Of a DNA stretch of 64,000 nt, positions 56,601-63,016 are shown piece by piece (the stretch's first letter is position 1; every line of letters starts with the position of its first letter). A program made the position numbers and the translations under genes. This DNA comes from Crocinitomicaceae bacterium (lineage in GTDB: Bacteria > Bacteroidota > Bacteroidia > Flavobacteriales_D > Crocinitomicaceae). The notes under the pieces are model-generated. The model was not told where the DNA came from. It did no database searches and saw only the letters and a list, made by a program, of their open reading frames with translations. The DNA lies in the NCBI GenBank assembly GCA_044339115.1, contig JBIIWA010000015.1, positions 4,818 through 68,817 on the forward strand. The letters run 5' to 3'.

Positions 56601-57200
56601 CACAACATTATTAATCTAAAAGTGGCATTAAAATCTTTAGGGATTGCAAAACGCCTACCTATTTATTCATTCTGTGAAATCCTCATTACTAAATCAATTA
56701 TTGATAAAACAGAATCTTCACTAATAACTATTTTTCCCGAATTTGAAAACAAGTCTGAACTTACCGAATATTTACATGAAATATGTTTAAAGATAAAGCA
56801 AAGTAGAAATGTTTATTTGAAAGATTTTTATCATTTCACTTTCCTTACAGAAAATACGAATAGGGATGATTTAATTAAAGAATTATTTCAAAAACGAAAA
56901 TTTAAACCTAAAAAACATTTGGTTCAACTATTCTATTTGGATGATTTTACAAGAAGAAAATTTCTTGTAAGTTTTTACAATAACATTTCAAATTTTTATA
57001 ATTCCGAAATTAATTGGTATTTAGTATATCATCTTTGTAGGTCTGATTATAATTTATTGAAGCACTTTAATTCAGAACGGATAAAAATACTTCTAATGCA
57101 GGGAAAAATACCAAAAAAACTAAGTAATTTGGTGACAGATAAAAAGGAATATCTTTCAGAGATAAACAAGTTAAACAATTTAAGTGTAGACTTAATATGA
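53625..57200 (+). CDS. large helical protein B: the same 154-aa N-module plus a different arm of about 1040 aa
   Basis: ATG at 53625 (MPHLEPTYLRYIYDG) is chosen by homology with MSHLEPTYLRYIYDG of gene A; it lies 2 nt after A's stop. The ORF-track start at 53595 would overlap A. Confidence 0.6.
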   Translation: MPHLEPTYLRYIYDGLLKGSIHPENAAELPDGLIGLYEEAFDERTSVVERQKLLQRFAIWALLKKEVSAAFVAEVLGETEDDIQDFISTYSAWFNSPESGKYQLYHERLKVYLLQKLSEGEVHALHEKLIFRLEQAIAEQKTDEFEWYGLEFLGGHLTLSCFQKNTKEKYNRLMNFALNDNYHNRQFEFSFQYQWTFNLLHSVQYLTIVLRKRDVELINLKFIEVNERLQASIHELIYLVRDGNIEITLVRINCLMSQSENEVKTKLRLILLILTDICVNNKSINSNEHYLISELLQILEFEFKKYKIDIFDLIPPNIFFQIVLFLKDSTLDYKCLLNLVIYDWGFSGISKILTPDFIKFFISSNKYRSFEIEGLFVEIRQIAYMNQVGLAQTGIDCAIMALLNEYAPERLADYLRTSFRDFLNAVSYDWIKTWLNKVMCHLHVDFIVKYLGGDLLSDHIPTNLANEIVRIEKKLEIMDSILLKVYESNSKSNEIKELIEYSENLLAYYLETETSKIRSEKVMHFFQLKLLIDTLSRKEISSLINQTIDIIKDESDDIYLKQIISTLYFFKLSEYAPRFIALYVDIKYAKSSAFLNGLLMNNQIIAINQIENVDENYLDGLIYKLNYDIWRNQLSNTSILFLENLKWFISQIKSDNSVTNINDDYWQIILGIIFNSDILECYIDTYLSEALRFSPDLIKKRFYHFVAKPKLMKRHSGVELDVIRMIDLEIELFKKTQTGQIEKLYDSLLSTFCEALIEVNWSMKNKDVYRFAKLKLEKSEIQVAINCLSEIDVSSQCFVELVFDISLKLFQGNEEIDFALEILQYVKHHFEYKEYDNGESYSYYHIDHGKQYVDLVDNLLFKILSFHQLNIKQFQELLFNVGVIDDNYNLTTKNFHSPSFIRNIIDKEVKTFICDLLNPSNTSGHNNLFSVKLGIKSLLEYELNEIEIQNILNELIEYLNQSYEQVEINLDFSKFFNNMGLSNISFFNVIHKHNIINLKVALKSLGIAKRLPIYSFCEILITKSIIDKTESSLITIFPEFENKSELTEYLHEICLKIKQSRNVYLKDFYHFTFLTENTNRDDLIKELFQKRKFKPKKHLVQLFYLDDFTRRKFLVSFYNNISNFYNSEINWYLVYHLCRSDYNLLKHFNSERIKILLMQGKIPKKLSNLVTDKKEYLSEINKLNNLSVDLI

Positions 57201-57907
57201 ATAAAGAAACCCACCCATTTTTAGAACTAGGAAAAGTGCCAAATGCTACCAAACTAATACTCGGTTCATTTCCAGTATATTCCATAACGCTTCCCGATAG
57301 TGAAGAAAAAAATAGAATTCGTAAAAGTGACGGATCCGTTCAATTCTTTTATGGCAGTTGTAGAAGTAGTTTTTGGGGACTTTATCATTTGTACATAGAC
57401 AATGGTTTGGAAATTCCAATTACTCCAAAAGAGGCATTGTCAAGCCTTGTCAAAAATCAAATTGCAATTTCAGATGTAATTTCGGAGTGTGAAAGGAATG
57501 GAAAAAGTGCTTTGGATAAAGATCTGAAAAAGCGTATTTATAACATTCAAATGATGAATGAGTATTTGGATTCAGGTATCACCAAAATTCTGTGTACATC
57601 AAAAGGTGTAATGGATATGATTCATGATCAGATTGCAAAAAAGTCCAAAGAATTTATTTTTCAGGAAGATGAATCTTATAAATGGCAAACTGAGGTAATG
57701 TCAAAACTGAAAGGAAGTGAGATTCAAATAAAAAAGTTGATTTGCAGACAATATGTTTATAAGGGTAAAACAATTCGATTAATTTCAATTCCTTCGCCTG
57801 GCTCACCACAAAGACAATTAAAACAATTTGGATTTACAGGTGATGATTGGAGAGAGTATGCAGATAAGTATTTTGAATTTTCATTTAAATGGCTAAAAAT
57901 AGATTAA
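57197..57907 (+). CDS. uracil-DNA-glycosylase-superfamily protein, family-6 (hypoxanthine/deoxyinosine DNA glycosylase)-like
   Basis: THPF...KLILGSFPVYS...FFYGSCRSSFWGL...IAISDVISECER.G.SALDKDL...ILCTSKGV parallels the remembered HDG pattern (HPF, LILGsFPs, YYghp.NrFW, iaLwDVi.sC...gS.D). ATGA overlap with gene B. Confidence 0.5.
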   Translation: MNKETHPFLELGKVPNATKLILGSFPVYSITLPDSEEKNRIRKSDGSVQFFYGSCRSSFWGLYHLYIDNGLEIPITPKEALSSLVKNQIAISDVISECERNGKSALDKDLKKRIYNIQMMNEYLDSGITKILCTSKGVMDMIHDQIAKKSKEFIFQEDESYKWQTEVMSKLKGSEIQIKKLICRQYVYKGKTIRLISIPSPGSPQRQLKQFGFTGDDWREYADKYFEFSFKWLKID

Positions 57908-57910
57908 GTT

Positions 57911-58207
57911 ATGGATCATAAAACAAAATGTAATTGTTGCGACTGTGTTTGGCAACGTGTTGTTAAAAATCAAGGTGCAGTTCTTAGGTTGAAATTTCAA
58001 AAGCAAATTTCATATAAAATTGAAAAGAATATGATCGTTTGGTTATCAATGGAACCCACCCAGCGAGTACTTTTTAGGCAAAGACGAATTAGTATTTGTA
58101 ATTCAATTCCATCTCGTCAAAACAATTTTGGACCCTCTAGCTATCCTGGTACAGCAACATCTTACAAATGGGCATTATTAAATGATGATCGAATTTGGCT
58201 ATTATGA
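57911..58207 (+). CDS. small hypothetical protein with N-terminal Cys cluster
   Basis: The 98-aa ORF exactly fills the gap between flanking genes (3-nt gap upstream, ATGA-type overlap downstream). Carries CNCCDC at aa 7-12. Confidence 0.4.
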   Translation: MDHKTKCNCCDCVWQRVVKNQGAVLRLKFQKQISYKIEKNMIVWLSMEPTQRVLFRQRRISICNSIPSRQNNFGPSSYPGTATSYKWALLNDDRIWLL

Positions 58208-59736
58208 AATTCAAAGAAATTTCTAACCTCCCAACACGCCTCACCGAAAAAATCAAGGCAGTCCAATCCGAAGAAGACGCCTACGCAGCGGATGAACTCG
58301 TTGAATTAGGCGAAGAAATTCTTTCGCAGTTGGCTGCAATGGGAATTGCCGTTTACTTGCAACAGGCGAAACAAAAAGATGTGTTTAATGACTTTTTGAT
58401 TTCTTTGTTTTTGTCGAATGGACATGCCTATAATGCGGGTCCCTTGTATCGCTGGGCGGCAAATATGATCAAAGATGCGGAGGGAGATCAAGCATTAGAA
58501 TTACGTCCATTTTTCTGGCAAACGAAGGAAGGAAAAGAAGTGTTAAATGAGGAAATTCATCATTTGGCAAGTTTGCGGAATGCGGTAATGCATGGTTTCT
58601 TTGTCCTGCCGCCTGAACGTAACCGTGAAGAGGCTCAAAAGATGGAAGTGATACTCGAGTCTATGGTAAAGGCAAACTTATTTCAAAGTTCCTTTGGAAG
58701 TTTCCATTTCATCGACCAACAAGGATTCAATGGACATTGGAACATACAGAATATACAAACTTGGAACCTGTTCAATCAAGAATTTCCATTTGGAAAGTTA
58801 GCGATTCGAGTGGCACATGAATATGCCGATGATTTCCGAAAAGAAGAAGATCAATTTGCCTCGGAGAAAGGCAAGTCCTTGTCAGATGTGGAAGTAGAAG
58901 TAAATAACTTACTCGATAAAGGGAAAGGTGCTTTAGTCTGCTGGTATCAAGCAGAAAGTAATCAAGGTTTGGCTTCCTACCGAACCGCTATTCAATCTTT
59001 GGACAAAGACAAGTACTTACCGATTTACTATGCCTTACATGCGAATGGAGCAACATTTACAGCTTCTTTTCTGGAACAGGAGATCGGTAAAGCATTGTAT
59101 CAACTAACTTCAGATGAAAAAGCGCTAAAAGAACCTTTCAAATACCTAAAAGCACAAAAAGGAAAATTATCAAAGAAACCAATTATCGTCTTGCATGATA
59201 TTCATATTGCGTTGTTTAGCCCGAATCATTTAACCAATTTATTTAATACGCTATATGATTTAGATGTTCCGATTGTAGCTACATCCTTGCATTATCCTTA
59301 CCTCAAACGTTTCTTTAATATGCAATTGACTTTGTCAGAGAAACATACAAATTCATTGGAACAAGTGAATCTTTCTTTAGTCAATTATGTACGTTTTAAA
59401 GGTCCAAGTCCGGACCAAGAAACGGAAAAAGAGAATTTTGAGATCCTGAAAAAAATAGTGCACGAGATACATGAGCAATTGGAGAAAAACCAACGTGTAG
59501 TTGCTCGTCGTTTTGCAGATGATAATAACTATCCCATTGAATTTGTTCATGAGGCATTTGGAATATTAAGTCCATTTTACCAAGCAGAAAAAGAGGCCTT
59601 TAAAGAAGACGAGGTGGATGAATTGTATGGTTTTCCTAAATCCATTGAAGAGAGCTCACGAATATTCTTAACTTTAGGTAGACGTGATGTGAAACTAGAG
59701 TACCAGCATAAAGTATTGTCAAATGCCAAACAATAA
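58195..59736 (+). CDS. Rx4H (HEPN-like) N-domain plus degenerate P-loop NTPase-like domain (probably an inactive paralogue of the next gene)
   Basis: LRNAVMH at 58576-58593 (aa 128-133). LLDKGKGALVCWYQAESNQGLAS occupies the place of Walker A, PIIVLHDIHIAL the place of Walker B, and VPIVATSLHYP is sensor-1-like. An alternative ATG at 58204 gives an ATGA overlap. Confidence 0.5.
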   Translation: MAIMKFKEISNLPTRLTEKIKAVQSEEDAYAADELVELGEEILSQLAAMGIAVYLQQAKQKDVFNDFLISLFLSNGHAYNAGPLYRWAANMIKDAEGDQALELRPFFWQTKEGKEVLNEEIHHLASLRNAVMHGFFVLPPERNREEAQKMEVILESMVKANLFQSSFGSFHFIDQQGFNGHWNIQNIQTWNLFNQEFPFGKLAIRVAHEYADDFRKEEDQFASEKGKSLSDVEVEVNNLLDKGKGALVCWYQAESNQGLASYRTAIQSLDKDKYLPIYYALHANGATFTASFLEQEIGKALYQLTSDEKALKEPFKYLKAQKGKLSKKPIIVLHDIHIALFSPNHLTNLFNTLYDLDVPIVATSLHYPYLKRFFNMQLTLSEKHTNSLEQVNLSLVNYVRFKGPSPDQETEKENFEILKKIVHEIHEQLEKNQRVVARRFADDNNYPIEFVHEAFGILSPFYQAEKEAFKEDEVDELYGFPKSIEESSRIFLTLGRRDVKLEYQHKVLSNAKQ

Positions 59737-59739
59737 TCT

Positions 59740-61227
59740 ATGAATCCAATCGATAAATACCACGAGCGTTTTCTTCAACTTAAAAAGGAGAAAGAAATTA
59801 AACCAGATTCAGAGGTTATTTTGAAATTGATTGAATCAGATCCAGCAGGTTTGAACAATTATTACATGGCTGCTTTGGGCATGAGCACACTGCTTCTTCG
59901 TTTCGGAGCTGTCATTCAATTGTGTCAAAAGTTTGAGAACTTGGATGAACATGGAGATGCACTTTTCCTCAAACAAATTCTTGATAATTTGAGAGAGAGT
60001 TTGCCTTCCGATACCAGTTGGAAAAATTTATGGGCAATGTCCACCGAGGATGAAGTGTGGCTGAAGCCAGTCCTGAAGCCCAAAAATGGTGAGGCCTTAT
60101 TAAATCGTTTTATCACATTTCGTAATCGGTATGTTCATCAATTAATTAGAATTGAAGAAGCTTTTTTACCGCAATTGATTACCAGTATTACCTTATTTGA
60201 TGAAATGGCGGAATTAACTTCGCTGTTTAAAGATGGTGACTTAGTTTGTTTAGATGGAAAATATGTTTGGAACCAAAACGATAAGATTATTTCCTTACAT
60301 CCATATGTTCAAGCAGGTAAACAAGGTGATGATCCCTATATTTTTCAAGGCTTGTATGACAATAAATCACAGGCACATCTACTCAATTTACATCTGGGAG
60401 ACGAAGATAAGCAACCCGCAAATGATCACCTAGAACCGAATTTCACTCCAATTAGAGAGGCGATTAGGGGAGGAGCGGGGCAAGTCTTCGACCATAGCGA
60501 GCGAATTGCGTACTACCAATCTTGTTTTGTTGGAAGAGATCGTGAAAAAGCAGCCATCCTTGATTTTTGTAACGGTTCAGGGGAACAAAATCTACTCTGT
60601 GTGAAATCACCTGCTGGAATGGGTAAGGGAGCACTTATCGCTGATGTCATCGAACAGCTAAAAAAAGATAAAACACAGGTTCTGTATCACTTTTGTGGTG
60701 CTGGAATCCAAAATAGCCTTCATGCTACACTGTATCATTTAATAATTCAGGGGAAAGAGTATTGGAATCGTTCCGATGAATCCTTAGACCGTAAACTGAA
60801 TCGCTTGCCCTCAAAATTCATAGATGTGATTCATTTGTTTCAGTCTTTATTGAGTAAAGAAAACCTGAAATTAAATGCTAAAAACGAATCTGGCAATCTG
60901 GTCATCATCATTGACGGCCTAGACGAGGCACAAGTCGCTTATTCGCAACTTAAAATTTCAGATTGGTTTTATTCCTATAACGAGAAGGAGGAACCTGAAG
61001 AAGATTGGAGAAGTGCATCTAATATCCGATGGATTTTCACCTACCGGTGCGATGACGATGGAACTGAATCGTTTTTTCAATTTCCAAAAATGAAGGAATT
61101 AGCAGAAATTCAAATCCTTCAACCCTTAACTGGTCTTTCTCCTGAAGCGGTGGATGAAGCGTTCAAAGATTTTGTGGTTTCTAAGGAATTTAAAGAAATG
61201 GTGATTGAAAAAGCAGAAATAATATAA
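59740..61227 (+). CDS. Rx4H (HEPN-like) N-domain plus STAND-type P-loop NTPase core, lacking winged-helix and repeat regions
   Basis: FRNRYVH at 60121-60138 (aa 128-133). Walker A-like SPAGMGKGA at 60607-60633. Walker B LVIIIDGLDEA at 60898-60930. IRWIFTYRCDD is sensor-1-like. ILQPLTGLSPEAVDEAF follows, and the protein stops 25 aa later. Confidence 0.65.
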   Translation: MNPIDKYHERFLQLKKEKEIKPDSEVILKLIESDPAGLNNYYMAALGMSTLLLRFGAVIQLCQKFENLDEHGDALFLKQILDNLRESLPSDTSWKNLWAMSTEDEVWLKPVLKPKNGEALLNRFITFRNRYVHQLIRIEEAFLPQLITSITLFDEMAELTSLFKDGDLVCLDGKYVWNQNDKIISLHPYVQAGKQGDDPYIFQGLYDNKSQAHLLNLHLGDEDKQPANDHLEPNFTPIREAIRGGAGQVFDHSERIAYYQSCFVGRDREKAAILDFCNGSGEQNLLCVKSPAGMGKGALIADVIEQLKKDKTQVLYHFCGAGIQNSLHATLYHLIIQGKEYWNRSDESLDRKLNRLPSKFIDVIHLFQSLLSKENLKLNAKNESGNLVIIIDGLDEAQVAYSQLKISDWFYSYNEKEEPEEDWRSASNIRWIFTYRCDDDGTESFFQFPKMKELAEIQILQPLTGLSPEAVDEAFKDFVVSKEFKEMVIEKAEII

Positions 61228-61229
61228 CT

Positions 61230-61943
61230 ATGGGATTTTTTAATACAATAAAAGAGGGTGATACCTTCACAGCAGTTTCCGATGGAAGTGGAGGCTTTAA
61301 TTTTAAACCCAAAGGTGGTGCTGATGGAGGTGGGGGAGGATTAATACTTCTGGCGTTTATCTTATTGGCTTTGTTGATTGCAATAATTTGTCTCCCTTTG
61401 GTTTTAGCGCTTTATGCATTAATGTTAGATGATTATTCTGCCAGAAGAACTAGAATAATCGCTCTTGTTATTACAGTGGTTCTCATACTTGCGTATTTTT
61501 TTGGTCAACATGTTGAAAGTGCAAAGCCTGTGTTTGAATTAATATTAAATTACAAAAGATTATTTAAAATGGCGCTAATACTTAATGCTTTTGGTGTTAC
61601 AAGCGCTGTATTGGGCTTATTAAAAGGAGTCCCGAATAAATACAATTCGATTTTTACCATAGTAGGTGTGATTACTTTCCTTGGAGGTTCGATCTACAAA
61701 TTTGGTGGCGATCTTTTTGAAACGACAGAAACAAAAGTTTTTACCGAAGAACAACTAAATCAAGCTTGTGAATGCAACGAAAATAGCTACAGTAATAAAC
61801 CAATAGCTTATGATAACATGACTTCAAGTGATCAACAAAAGCGAACAAACTGTTTTGAACTTTTTAAACCTGAGGATTATATGATAGGTTATAATGTTGA
61901 TTCATTAATGAAGGTCGCTTGTGATCAGAAAAGTTCGAAATAA
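61230..61943 (+). CDS. polytopic membrane protein with Gly-rich N-terminus (candidate membrane effector)
   Basis: Starts 2 nt after the NTPase stop. GGADGGGGG is followed by about 5 hydrophobic segments and a Cys-containing soluble C-terminus. Confidence 0.5.
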   Translation: MGFFNTIKEGDTFTAVSDGSGGFNFKPKGGADGGGGGLILLAFILLALLIAIICLPLVLALYALMLDDYSARRTRIIALVITVVLILAYFFGQHVESAKPVFELILNYKRLFKMALILNAFGVTSAVLGLLKGVPNKYNSIFTIVGVITFLGGSIYKFGGDLFETTETKVFTEEQLNQACECNENSYSNKPIAYDNMTSSDQQKRTNCFELFKPEDYMIGYNVDSLMKVACDQKSSK

Positions 61944-61972
61944 AAGTAATTTTATAGTTTAGAATACAATCG

Positions 61973-62464
61973 ATGATAAGACAGATCAACATACTGGCAT
62001 TCGCAATTTATGGAATTACAATTTTTTCTTCATGTGATTCAAATACGCTTGAAAATAAACCAGGTGTTTTGAAGAAAAAGGAGATTCCTCAAGTAACACA
62101 AATTGATGCGAAAGATTCATTAAATAAACCAATGTCCAATCCTGTCATGATGAAATCTGTTGATATTGGGCGAATGTATAATGCCTACTATAGAACTGGT
62201 CAAACAACTAGAATGTTGGAGCTCTTAGATGCGAAAACCAAACAAAAATTTACTTTTTCTGAATTGGAAGCATTATTGAAAAACCTTGATTATGGATATG
62301 ACATGAAGTTGTCTGGAATGAAAGAAGAGGGTGAATTCAAAATCTTAAATTACACCTGTCTCATTCAACAAACAAAGGTCATAAAACAATTAAAGGTTAA
62401 AATAGAGAACGACACCGCTCGAATTTGCCCCAAAAACATTTCAAAAGGGCTTATTTTTCAATAA
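61973..62464 (+). CDS. hypothetical lipoprotein
   Basis: Lipobox-like ITIFSSC. Confidence 0.45.
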   Translation: MIRQINILAFAIYGITIFSSCDSNTLENKPGVLKKKEIPQVTQIDAKDSLNKPMSNPVMMKSVDIGRMYNAYYRTGQTTRMLELLDAKTKQKFTFSELEALLKNLDYGYDMKLSGMKEEGEFKILNYTCLIQQTKVIKQLKVKIENDTARICPKNISKGLIFQ

Positions 62465-62536
62465 TTAGCCAATCTAAGTTCCCTTAGAATTACTTTTTTC
62501 ATAACTTTAAGTATAATTCTTAATTCATATACTACT

Positions 62537-62971
62537 ATGAGCGATTCTCTTGATACATTAATGGATGCTTGGTCTGATGATTTACAGGTGCTGGCTCTTG
62601 ATGCTATGTTCCCATATATCTATTCTAAAGCAGCTAATTATCTAGAAATTGGGCCAGACCTTTATAGAGAATCCGATGCGTTTAAGCAACCAAAAAGTCA
62701 AGACACAATAATACTAGAGGATTTGAAAAAAGGATGTATGCAAATTATGGAAGGGAAAGGGTTTAGTAATGAAGCGCCATTTGAAGAAATTAGTGTTGCC
62801 GCTTCTTATGCATTAATGGATATGTTCCACTTTCGTTTTATGTCCAGAAAATCTAGCTATATGGTATTTTTAGCGGATCAAAAAGGAGTTATTGACCATA
62901 TGACCTTCAGTCACATAATTCAAAAACAGATGGTTACTTGGCATTTCTTTACGCCAAAAAAGAATGATTGA
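62537..62971 (+). CDS. hypothetical protein
   Basis: 144-aa ORF. No motif recognised. Confidence 0.4.
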   Translation: MSDSLDTLMDAWSDDLQVLALDAMFPYIYSKAANYLEIGPDLYRESDAFKQPKSQDTIILEDLKKGCMQIMEGKGFSNEAPFEEISVAASYALMDMFHFRFMSRKSSYMVFLADQKGVIDHMTFSHIIQKQMVTWHFFTPKKND

Positions 62972-63016
62972 AGTAAAATAAAGACTTGATTTTTTGTAAA
63001 ACAATAGAAATTTCTG

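Noticed and set aside
62474-62500. CTAAG-N4-CTTAG hairpin followed by T6 after the gene at 61973-62464
   Set aside because: A 5-bp AT-rich stem is too weak to call a terminator.
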